A stretch of DNA of 63,317 nt, the filler included, from Octopus bimaculoides (taxonomy: Eukaryota), in NCBI RefSeq assembly GCF_001194135.2. It is 4 parts of 4 records of this genome, joined end to end, with 100 filler letters (N's around TTAATTAATTAA, not from the genome) between each part and the next. Parts side by side here need not be neighbours in the genome. Positions count along the whole stretch, not along the records: positions 25,487 to 44,503 come from NC_068994.1; positions 44,604 to 61,075 come from NC_068986.1; 2 more parts are not named here. One strand, 5' to 3'. This document shows, piece by piece, positions 39,405-50,890 of this stretch. Each line of letters opens with the position of its first letter. Position 1 is the first letter of the stretch. A program made the translations under genes and the position numbers. The notes under the pieces are model-generated. The model made no database searches, was not told the DNA's origin, and worked only from the letters and a program-made list of their open reading frames with translations.

Positions 39405-40190
39405 TGAGCGAGTACCCAAAAGAAACCAGAATTTTGCAATATTATTTTATTCACTTAGTTTTACATGTTTATACTATTACTGCCTTCAAAGTATTCTCCA
39501 TTTGATGCCATGCATTGGCCCAGATGTGTTTTTCACTGTTTGAAGCAATCCTGGAACTCTTGCAAAGAGATGCCTTTTAATGCCTCCATTGTTTTTTTTT
39601 ACAGGGTGCAAAATTGGGTGAATAGGGTGGGTGGGTAAGGTATCATGCCATTTTTGGTCAAAAACTTTCTCACACTTAAGGCGGTGTGCGTAGGTGCGTT
39701 GTCTTGATGAAACTGCAACTCTCCACTTTGCCACAGGTCAAGGCGTTTTTTGTCTCATCACATCTCGCAAATGCTTCAGAACTGCCAAATAAAATGTATG
39801 GTTAACAGTTTGACCAGGAAGAACAAATTTTGTTTGGGCAATTCTTTTTGCATCGATGAAACAAATCAGCATCATCTTGACATTGAACTTCACTTGACAC
39901 GCTTTTTGCGGCCTGGTGACATTGAATGCTTCCAATGACTTGATTGCTGCTTTGTTTCCAGAATCAACTTCCAACTGTACTTTCAATTTGTGACATGCAT
40001 TCAGTTGTGACTGCTTTTGATCTCCGCGAACAAGTAAGGCACAAATTTTGCTGCAACTCTTTTCATTTGCAATTTCTCACTTAAAATTCATTGGCAGAAG
40101 CTCCATGGCACACCAGTCATATCAACGAGTTTATCAATTGTTTGGCAACAGTCCTCCAAGATCAGTTCATGAAATTTTGTGATGTTTACA
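39405..40190 (-). mobile_element. mariner relic
   Basis: KFNVKMMLICFIDAKRI..FVLPGQTVNHTFYLAVLKHLRDVMRQK; terminal tgagcgagtacccaaaagaaacc after TA. Confidence 0.82.
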
Positions 40191-40739
40191 TTTGATAGAA
40201 TGAAAATTCCTTAATATACTGATATAAGTGATTTTGTTGGTATGGCTACTTGGAACACTAGAAGCCTTACAATAATAACTCTGTGATTGCTGCTATCAAG
40301 ATAGTTTTTTATGAGCTTTCACTTATTCGATTTTTTTTCATTTTGTGTTTACACAAAATAGCTGTATAACTTTGATATGGAAATCGGATGTTAAACGACA
40401 ACGATGATGATGATACTGGTATAATTTTTTTCTTTTAAATGAAGAAGTAATTTTGTTGGTATGGCTACTTGGACAGCTATAAGCCTTACAATAATAAGTA
40501 TGTGATAGCTGCTATTTCTAGCATGCTAAACAAGATAGTTTTTAATGAGCTCTCATTTGTATATTATATGTGACTGAGAAAGAAAATTTAGTAGCAAAGG
40601 CAGAGAGAAAGACAGGCATCTGAATCAGATGAAATGAGGGCAAAGTGACTGAAACAGATACCTGAATATACACAGAGACGTAGACATGATTCTGCTTCCG
40701 TTCCACATGACCGACTGGTTTGGGTATCTTGAGAGGAGA

Positions 40740-41660
40740 ATATTTTACTTCAAAATAATAGTATCAGATCACAAATTGTTGATGCAACACTTAAGGAAAT
40801 CTTTTCTTTGCGATCATGTGAAAGTAGTGGAGCTGACAACCAATCTAAGACTTCTTACAGAAGGTCATTCTGATGAAAGAGAGTTTGCAAATTACCTTCT
40901 TGATGTAAGAAATGGTAACATTTCTGTTGAACAAAGCCGAGGTGAATTCAAAGTCAAACTACCCAATGACCTTTGCCTTGAAAGTGGTACTCTTTCAGAT
41001 CTATGTGATTTTGTATTTGCTGACCTCAAAAAATAACTTCACAAACCCTGTGTGACTTGCAAATAGAACCATCGTTAGTCCAACAAAGGAAGCAGCACAA
41101 TCTGAGAATGATTTTCTGTTGACCAGGATCCCTGGTGAGCTAAAAGAATACAGAATCTCAGATACAGTTGATAAAGAAACTCTGTACCCACTGAGTTTAT
41201 TAACAAATTTGCACCATCAGGGTCTCCACCACACATTCTCAAACTGAATGCGTCTAAGAAATTTAGATGCTACGAATGGACATTGCAATGGCGCACACTA
41301 TATCATTGTCAGTTTACATGATCATGTTATTGAGGCTGAGGTTGCTTCTGGTCCTTATGCAGGATCAACTCTGCTAATTCCAAGAATACCACATGTATCT
41401 CAAGAAATGGAATTTCCTTTTACATTTACACGCAAACAATTTCCTGTCGAGCCAGCTTTTGCCTTGACATGCAACAAGGCATGGGGATAGACTTTAGAAC
41501 AAATTGGAATATATCTTCCGACACAATTCTTCTCACATGGTCAGCTGTATGTTGCATTACCTAGAGTTTGAAAGAAGGCTAATGTAAAAATATTGGCTGA
41601 GGGAAATGGAAACAGTATGATTTCTGACAATTGTGTCTATAAGGGGATACTACTTTAAAG
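40740..41660 (+). mobile_element. Helitron PIF1 helicase C-terminal relic
   Basis: LTTNLRL..FANYLLDVRNG, MRLRNLDATNGHCNG, LIPRIP..FTRKQFPVEPAFALTCNKAWG*TL..GIYLPTQFFSHGQLYVALPRV. Confidence 0.92.
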
Positions 41661-42139
41661 CAAAATATGCTTTTTAGCAAGTTTCAGTAAATAGAATTAA
41701 CACATAAATTATATGTAAAGTAACATATATTTGTGTGGAATTAAATTGTTTTGGCATATTTCAACACATGCTGAAGGAATGATATTGTTATATTAGATCA
41801 TTTTAAATTTGGGTATATTTGAAAAGTAAGGAAACGTCATTCCCACATGTTTTCACAGCACCAGACTTTTGTATGTGTGTGTGCATCTGTCCGTCCGTCT
41901 GTCCATCCATCCATCCATCCATCCATCTATCTATGCACACCTATTTAAGTTCTACTGATTATTAATGACAAATATATATAATAGATTGACTCTTTAAAAA
42001 AGAGAGATTATAACTGATAAAATAATGAAAGCAATATTTACTAAGCCAGTGAGCACTATTATACAAAGGAATAAATAGATGTAAAATATCATAAAAAATA
42101 TTAGAATTAGGAATCAGATGTGGAAATATTATCGAGTGG

Positions 42140-42177
42140 CTAGCAGAAAACCACTGGGAGGGCGGTCTTTCTGCTAG
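42140..42177 (+). mobile_element. Helitron-type 3' terminus (hairpin and CTAG)
   Basis: ctagcagaaa-acc..ggt-ctttctgCTAG|t, about 500 bp downstream of the helicase stop. Confidence 0.5.
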
Positions 42178-42689
42178 TATATATATGTGAGTCTGTATAT
42201 ATGTATTTGTGTATAGGTATGTGTATATGTGTATGTATATATATGCCTGTGTATATATGAATATGTATATTTGGGCGTCTCTATGTATATATGTGTATAT
42301 ATGCATGTGTATCTGTCGATGTATGCATCTAAATTTGTGTGTGTGTGTATTTATATATTTATATATGAGAGTGTTTGTCTATACGTAGCTGTGCATGTAC
42401 ACTGTTATATATTTTAATCATTTACTAATATTTCATCTTCTATAATTCATACTCTTATATTTTCATTTTATGTTAGTTTACATTTCTTATAGTTCATTTA
42501 TAAAAAATTAGCATTTTATTGCATCATTAATATTTCAGTTTTTGTTAATTCTTGATTCATTTAAAAAATTTCTTTACTCGTATTATATTTAAGATTTTTG
42601 AAAAAAAACTTTATATTTTTTTATCTTTAATTAATCTCTTAACTTTTAACTCCTTAACTTCAATACTTGTGCACTTTTATCATTATTAC

Positions 42690-42733
42690 CTGGAAACCAA
42701 ACTCTGGCATTGATCCTTTATAATTTGGCATAA
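42690..42733 (-). CDS. Weak candidate exon (frame uncertain)
   Basis: ctctgtag| ... CAG|gtaata; open as LCQIIKDQCQSLVS or VMPNYKGSMPEFGFQ. Confidence 0.22.
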
Positions 42734-43096
42734 CTACAGAGTTCTAACCCCCCAGATTTTGGAAGGTCATAACTTTCAGAAAAATGAATATTTTTTAATG
42801 AAATTTTCTATGCCTATTGTATTTAGAATGTAGATTCCGGTGAAAGTGTTTTGGAATGAGGGTGGGGGACAATTTTCGGAAATTCCAACAGAGTCCACTT
42901 AAATTCTTCTTAACTTCCATGAAAATTAATATTTTTTCGTGAAATTTTCTACAAATATACCTTGATGTATGTACATTTCGAGCATGTAGGAATTTTGAAG
43001 GAAACAACTGCAGGTTATTTTTGAGAAGTGTTCCCCACTCGGTGGTGTTTCGGAGCAAGTCGTCCATAATTGTTTCATTTTTCTCTATTATGTGCG

Positions 43097-43292
43097 TATG
43101 TGCATCCGTACATTTCTATTGAAGTAATAAGTAGAAAAGAGAAGCCGTCATAAGAAAACTTACGTTAAAAATAACATGCACATGATTTTTTTTTCTCAAT
43201 AGAAGTAAATTCCAAAGTAAACGTTTCTAGTAGAGAAGTAGAAGAGAACAGAAGCAGTGTATTACTTCATTACAAATCTACGGATGCACATA
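43097..43292. mobile_element. TA-flanked MITE (Tc1/mariner type)
   Basis: 33-bp inverted termini tatgtgcatccgtacatttctattgaagtaata at 43097-43129 and 43260-43292, 3 mismatches. Confidence 0.75.
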
Positions 43293-43418
43293 TAAATAAA
43301 TAGTTTCACACTGCACTTTAGCTTCTTCCATTATTTTAGGTTTTTGCTTTAAATTCTTCAAGTTCACTCACTCCCATTAACTATTTTTCTTTTATGCCTT
43401 GGCGTTGTGGTGGTGGGA

Positions 43419-43604
43419 AGTATGACAGGCATAGGTAACAAACCATATAAGTATAGTGAGAGGGATGATAATGAAGCTAACTAGAACTATTCTAGGTGAA
43501 TCTAGAATCCAACGATTCTAGATTCCCCTGGAATAGTTCTAGTTAGCTTCGTTATCATCCCTCTCACCATACTTATATGGTTTGTTACCTATGCCTGTCA
43601 TACT
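43419..43604. repeat. Near-perfect 91-bp hairpin with 4-nt loop
   Basis: Arms 43419-43509 and 43514-43604, loop caac, 4 non-Watson-Crick positions. Confidence 0.95.
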
Positions 43605-43649
43605 CCCCCCCCCCTCTACCACCAGAACGCTATCTTCCTTTAGTTATCA

Positions 43650-44070
43650 TCATCATTGATGTTCATGCTCCAACTGCTTCTTCTGCAGTGGCCATCACTA
43701 GTAAAGATGGAGAGGGAAGTACTGCCTCCCACCCCAGTATTTTTGTTGAAAGGTGGATGAATATGGCAAGGATGGCTCATGTGAACAGGCCTACTCTGAA
43801 CATATACTGGTAAGCCAGAGGAGTTGAGAAGAAGAAGGGGCACCTGCTGAGGTACCCCTGGCAGTTAAGGTAATGAGGATGTGTGTGGTTCCTTGGGTAT
43901 GCCTGGGTGGAACTCACCTAACTTTGGAGGAACTTTATTGTTGAGCTTTTGTTGTTAATTGTTCTTGTTTATTTTTCATACACACTTTTTGGGGCTAAGC
44001 CCCACTTGTCCCTTTTTGTTTGGTGTTTGGCCCTTGTGGCCAATAGAGAAAAGACTATTATTAACATTAT
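43650..44070 (+). mobile_element. L1/Tx1-like LINE 3' end
   Basis: KMEREVL / SIFVERWMNMARMAHVNRPTL C-terminus; tail ggcccttgtggccaatagagaaa..tatt matches the 18865-18900 tail. Confidence 0.6.
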
Positions 44071-44391
44071 CTTTTCTATTATTATTATTATCATTTTTAA
44101 TATTAGTATTTTTATCATTATTGCTATTATTAATAGTAGTTGTATTGTTATAATAATTTTCATATTATTATTGTTGCAGTCATTGTTCTTCTTTTTACTG
44201 TCATCCTTCCTATTTTCTTTGTTATTTTCGTTATTTTATTACGAGATATTTATGGTTCTACGCCAAAATTATTATTCACTTGTTCTTTGTAATTCGATAC
44301 AGGCAATTGTGGGATCACTCATTATTGTCCACATCACCCTTTTTCCTTCTAACTATTTGTTTTCACTTATTCTTTCTTGTTCTACTTCTTC

Positions 44392-44503
44392 CTCCTTTCT
44401 TCTCCCTCCACCTCCTCCTTTCTTCTCCCTCCACCTCCTCCTTTCTTCTCCCTCCACCTCCTCCTTTCTTCTCCCTCCACCTCCTCCTTTCTTCTTCCTC
44501 CAC
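44392..44503. repeat. 23-bp polypyrimidine minisatellite, about 4.9 copies
   Basis: Unit ctcctttcttctccctccacctc. Confidence 0.92.
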
Positions 44504-44603
44504 NNNNNNNNNNNNNNNNNNNNNNNNNNNNNNNNNNNNNNNNNNNNTTAATTAATTAANNNNNNNNNNNNNNNNNNNNNNNNNNNNNNNNNNNNNNNNN
44601 NNN

Positions 44604-44681
<78 letters not shown>

Positions 44682-45508
44682 GAAGTATAGTACACACATA
44701 CATACATACACACACATATCGGAGGCGATAGAGAATGTGTCAAACTGTTAAAGATATTTTGCATACGCAATTTATTTGTACTATATGCGCAAGCTTTTTA
44801 TTTTATTTATTTCTGTTTCGTCGGTACAGCTGTACCATCACATGACTAAAATAAATAATAACAGGAGAAGAAAACATAGAAAGGGACACTAGACACTTTT
44901 ATTCTAATTTAATAGATGATTGGACCACAAAAATAGAATGTAGCTGTACATCTCGTTGTGCGCTTAAGTGAAGGAACAGCTGCAAATAAAACCAGAGTAG
45001 ATGTTTTTTAGAAGTTGCAATACACCATGTCATTAACTGAACAACATAGATGTTATTACCATACCTGTACTTTGCTGAACATTTTAATATGTAACGTACT
45101 CTACATAATATATCTTAATGTAATGTGACTTAGCCATACTTCTTCTCTATACTGAAAATATCCACATAAGCTCAGTGATATAGTCGTATCTACTGTTCAA
45201 CATGCAAGGACACGAACACACATAAACACACTCACACACACACACACACTCACTCACATACGCATACATATTCGTAGACTCATTCGTAATGCTTAGTGAA
45301 ACGACATGCATACTCGTAACGCGTAATGGTACAACAGCGTGAGCAGCAGCAATAAAAGACTGAGAAAAAACCCCCCAAAAGACAAGCAAAATGGAGATGA
45401 AGCTTTCACGTAATCGAGGCAGATGTTTATATTTGCGAGCTTAAGCGGTTGCATGTGTGTTTGCGTGTGTGTGTGTGTTTGTGTGTGTGAGTATTTATAT
45501 ATATCGTG

Positions 45509-45893
45509 GCAATCCGTCGGTTACGACGACGCGGGTTCAGGGTTCCAGTTTATCCGATCAACGGAACAGTCTGCTCGTAAAATTAACGTGCAAGTGGACC
45601 AATGCTCCACAGACACGTGTACCCTTAATGTAGTTCTCGGAGTGATTCAGCGTGACACAAAGTGTAACAAGGCTGGCCCTTTGAAATACAGGTACAACAG
45701 AAACAGGAAGAACGAGTGAGAGAAAGTTGCGGTAAAAGAATACAGCAGGGTTCGCCACCACTCCCTCTCGGACCCTCGTGGATATTTAGGTGTTTTCGCT
45801 CAATAAACACTCACAACGTCTGGTCTGGGAATCGAAATCGTGACCCTATGACCACGAATCCGTTGCGCTAAGCACTGGGACATTGCTCTTTCA
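45509..45893 (-). mobile_element. tRNA-derived SINE family A, full length
   Basis: Colinear with 5653-6034. Confidence 0.88.
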
Positions 45894-46804
45894 GATACAT
45901 GTGTGTGTNNNNNNNNNNNNNNNNNNNNNNNNNNNNNNNNNNNNNNNNNNNNNNNNNNNNNNNNNNNNNNNNNNNNNNNNNNNNNNNNNNNNNNNNNNNN
46001 NNNNNNNNNNNNNNNNNNNNNNNNNNNNNNNNNNNNNNNNNNNNNNNNNNNNNNNNNNNNNNNNNNNNNNNNNNNNNNNNNNNNNNNNNNNNNNNNNNNN
46101 NNNNNNNNNNNNNNNNNNNNNNNNNNNNNNNNNNNNNNNNNNNNNNNNNNNNNNNNNNNNNNNNNNNNNNNNNNNNNNNNNNNNNNNNNNNNNNNNNNNN
46201 NNNNNNNNNNNNNNNNNNNNNNNNNNNNNNNNNNNNNNNNNNNNNNNNNNNNNNNNNNNNNNNNNNNNNNNNNNNNNNNNNNNNNNNNNNNNNNNNNNNN
46301 NNNNNNNNNNNNNNNNNNNNNNNNNNNNNNNNNNNNNNNNNNNNNNNNNNNNNNNNNNNNNNNNNNNNNNNNNNNNNNNNNNNNNNNNNNNNNNNNNNNN
46401 NNNNNNNNNNNNNNNNNNNNNNNNNNNNNNNNNNNNNNNNNNNNNNNNNNNNNNNNNNNNNNNNNNNNNNNNNNNNNNNNNNNNNNNNNNNNNNNNNNNN
46501 NNNNNNNNNNNNNNNNNNNNNNNNNNNNNNNNNNNNNNNNNNNNNNNNNNNNNNNNNNNNNNNNNNNNNNNNNNNNNNNNNNNNNNNNNNNNNNNNNNNN
46601 NNNNNNNNNNNNNNNNNNNNNNNNNNNNNNNNNNNNNNNNNNNNNNNNNNNNNNNNNNNNNNNNNNNNNNNNNNNNNNNNNNNNNNNNNNNNNNNNNNNN
46701 NNNNNNNNNNNNNNNNNNNNNNNNNNNNNNNNNNNNNNNNNNNNNNNNNNNNNNNNNNNNNNNNNNNNNNNNNNNNNNNNNNNNNNNNNNNNNNNNNNNN
46801 NNNN

Positions 46805-46863
<59 letters not shown>

Positions 46864-47172
46864 GTATAGATAGATAAGCTCTGACTTAAAAAAACAATAA
46901 AAGAAAACCGTCATTACAGACATTCCGAGCATGTCTATTACATCTGATTTTCATAAATACTGTCTCTTTAGCTTCGTGTGTTCTTTGTTAAGAAAGTATG
47001 ATGCGAATGTGAAAAGGCTACTATTTCTAACAGTTCTTTTGACAACATAATCGACCCGTCGTTGGGTCTAGCCTGTTTTATGTACAAATAGACAAATAAG
47101 AAAACGCGTTTTAATAATATATACACTTTAAATGCATGAATATTTTAATTAGATTTCTTTTTACTTTTTCAG

Positions 47173-47233
47173 TTGTAATTAAAGGAAGTGCAGCCAACCG
47201 TGCCAGAATATGTATCACTAATAGCTTGTATCG
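47173..47233 (+). CDS. Candidate exon of unidentified plus-strand gene (xVIKGSAANRARICITNSLYR)
   Basis: ttctttttactttttcag| ... TCG|gtaagc; only one open frame (phase 1 to 2). Confidence 0.5.
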
Positions 47234-48875
47234 GTAAGCATTTTTGCAGAATTACTGGACAGCCTTGAATGCTGTTTCGCCGAAAATAGCATAAGCGTAG
47301 AAATGGTTGAAACCAGGAATCACGTTATCATCATTTGCCTTTTTGCCACCACCATTTGCGTTTTTTGTTTATTTCTCCCGATCATTGGCTGCCTGCTGCC
47401 ATCAATAACTAATAATAAAAAGGAAGGCAATGCTACTCACAAGTATATGTTGCATGAAATTACTGCTCAATAAAATACGCTACTTCAAAGCTAACAAGGG
47501 AGAACAACAGGAAACATTATGATAGCTCAGTTACAAATGAATACTTTCGATATACCATAATGTTACATAAATTAGTTTGTAATTATTCTGTAAGGCAATG
47601 TAAAAAACTAAATTGAGACAATTATTTTTGTCTCTCGTTTGTTATAGACACTATACATATTTATCACCACTCTTGATAGCACGTAAATATTTAAAACAAG
47701 CTCTGACATTCATGTGTAAATGTGTGCAACGAGTTGAGAACTTTTACGTTCTCATTGCTCGTGATTGATATCCATAGTTAAAGTAACTTGGTTTACGAGA
47801 AAGACTATTCATTTCGAACAAATGATGAAATTATTGTAGGTAAACTAGTGCTGTCACAAATCATGTCCTCTTGACATCAACATGTATTTTTCATATGTAG
47901 CCGAGAATCTAAATCCTACTTGAGCTGTCAACTACATAAAAATGTTATTTTGTCACTGATATTTATGAGAAAATCTGAGTAGTATTTTTCTCCTTGCTTT
48001 ATTTTCCGTTTCTGTTTTGTCATTTATCTTCAATGCTCTTGTAAAAAGCATGAATGTGATTGCTATAATCTTCTCCCACATTTTTTCAAGTTTAAAGCCG
48101 GTAACTCTAATGATCTATTGAATGGGTACATTAGCTTACAAATAGTCAATCACAAAATAATTGGTTTCTGTTATTTGCTGTGAGAGTGACGGCAAGAGAG
48201 GATAGCAGGAAGAGGAAAAATTACAAGGACAAACTATAAAAACAGGGGTGGTTTACATAAAATGCATTATAAAAAAACTGTGTGGGAAAGAAATATATAC
48301 AAAAAGTATTAAATGATGTATTATAACTCAAGAACTACTACCAAGAGTGAATCAAGACATCTTGATGATTTAAGATTATAATAATAATGATAAGCGAGAA
48401 CAACGGAGTATAAGAAAACACTGCGGGTGTTTAATATGAGAGCATGTTACTTTCTGGGCACCGAAAATATATCCAATAATTCCAATGCAAAAAAAGAACT
48501 AATCAAATTGAAAATAAAACGATGAAAATACCTACTGACAAACCTATGAGTAATATATGTATTTTTACTTCTCTGATAAGTTAATTGTTTCTATTGATCA
48601 TAATAGTCAGTGATCTGACTTTACAAGCAGGTTAAACTATTGGGGCACCATTCTCATCGGTACCGAACCGATTTCGTCCCGAACTGGAAACCGCAATACG
48701 CAAGCAAGAAGTAAAGGATAATGAATATACGCATAAAGTGCAAAACGTTTTGAAATTATGAATCTAAAATAGCAGCAAAACGGATGTATTGATGGTACAC
48801 ATCTTAACCGGAATGAATATTAAAGTATATACATATATGGCCAAAATTTTGCAAACTCCATACACATTATATCGT

Positions 48876-49338
48876 GCAAACTCCGTCGGTTACGATGACA
48901 AGGGTTCCAGTTGATCAGATCAACGGAACAGCCTGCTCGTGAGATTAACGTGCGCTTGTCTGAGCACTCCAAACACACGTGTACCGTTAACGTAGTTCTC
49001 GGGGAGATTTAGCGTGACACAGAGTGTGACAAGGTTGGTTCTTTAAAATACAGGTACAACAGAAACAGGGAGAAAGAGTGAGAAAAAGTTGTGGTGAAAG
49101 AGTACAGCAGGGTTCACCACCACGCCCCGCCGGAGACTCGTGGAGATTTAGGTGTTTTCGCTCAATAAACCCTCACAACNNNNNNNNNNNNNNNNNNNNN
49201 NNNNNNNNNNNNNNNNNNNNNNNNNNNNNNNNNNNNNNNNNNNNNNNNNNNNAACCCTCACAACGCCTGGTCTGGGAATCGAAACCGCGATCCTACGACT
49301 GCGAGTCCGCTGCCCTAACCACTGGGCCATTGCTCTAC
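48876..49338 (-). mobile_element. tRNA-derived SINE family A (split by a gap), followed by a partial copy at 49347-49520
   Basis: Colinear with the family; aaccctcacaac is repeated on both sides of the gap. Confidence 0.85.
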
Positions 49339-49688
49339 TAAAAGGAACACTGCGTCGGTTACGACGACGAGGGTTCCAGCTGATACGATCAAAGTAACTG
49401 CTTGCTCAGGAAATTAACGTGCAAAATGATGAGCACTCCACAGACATGTGTATCTTGAACGTAGTTCTCAGGTTTATTCAGCGTGACACAGAGTGTGACA
49501 AGGCTGGCCCTTTGAAACACAAATGCTACTTATTTTTGCCAGCTGAGTGGACTGAAGCAACGAGAAATAATGTGTTTTGTTCAAGGACACAACATGNNNN
49601 NNNNNNTAAATATAAATATATATGTATAGCTAAATATGTATACACATATCTCTACAAATTTTCACACACACATATATGTGTATATGCA

Positions 49689-49752
<64 letters not shown>

Positions 49753-50434
49753 CGTACGTATACGTACTTTATATATAAGTGATAAAAATTTATATGCATG
49801 TATGTATATATGTATGTTTGTCTATGTGCATTATTGAATACTGTGCATTTATTTCGTGAAACTATTAGCCATGGAAATAATCTTTTTATCGATTTTCTTC
49901 GCGGTTAAAGTATAACCTCGCTGAATGCCTCGCATTGCTACAGTTTGAAGGCCAGATCTTTAGCTAGCTGTTCATACATATATGTCAGGTTCATGTCTAG
50001 TTGCTGCGTTGTATATTGCAGAAAATTATTACTAGAACTAACGTAATGATAACTAAAATAAAAACTGAATAAAAACATGGCGCCTGACTTTTCCAGATAT
50101 GCTAATACGAAGACAGCAGCAAGAAGATAGACAAAAGAAATAAATTTAAATCTATGTCCGAAGCTATTTTTTCAGGCCGTTATAACGATATATCGATATT
50201 GGAAATAAACATAAACAGATGTACTGCACAACGAATAGCTGATACAAAGAATAATCAGCCATGCAGACAATAGAAAAATAATCAGGAATCCGACCGACGG
50301 TGGTAGAAATCGATGCTGTAAAGAGTGGGGATTACAATTTATTAGGTGAGCTGTAAACAGGAAAAAGTGTGGTAATGATATTCATAATTGTCATAGTAAT
50401 TATAAAGTGACAGTAATATTGTTGTTGGTGTTAA

Positions 50435-50890
50435 AGTGGCGAGCTGGAACTCGCCCATCTTTATGTTCTGGGTTGAAATTCCTCTGAGGTCAACTTTGTC
50501 CTTCATAATTGTGGTATTTCGTCCGTCTTTATGTTCTGAGTTGAAATTCCATTGAGGTCGACTTTGCCATTAATCATTTCGATATCGATAAAATAAATAC
50601 CAGTTGAGTATTGGGGTCGATGTAATCGACTTACCCTCTCCTCCGAAATTTATGGCCTTGTGCCAAAAATTTGAAACCAACATTACTGTTAGTGTTTCTG
50701 TCAGAGCTACCAGAAACGGTAGCTTGTCGGACAAAATGTTTAGCATCATTTCTTCCGAATCTTTATGTTTAGATCCCACCGAGATCGACTTCGTCTTTCG
50801 TCTTTTTGAAGTCAATAAAATACCCTACTAGTCAATGTATTTAACTCGTGCCCTCCCATCATATCGTTGGCCTTCTGTCAAAATTAGAAA
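50435..50890 (+). mobile_element. Cluster of SINE family B pieces
   Basis: Three partial gaggtcgactttg cores in tandem. Confidence 0.7.

Noticed and set aside
43689-43809. Strong AG/GT-bounded 121-nt plus-strand segment
   Set aside because: Lies within the Tx1-like LINE 3' end; its open frame is the LINE C-terminus.
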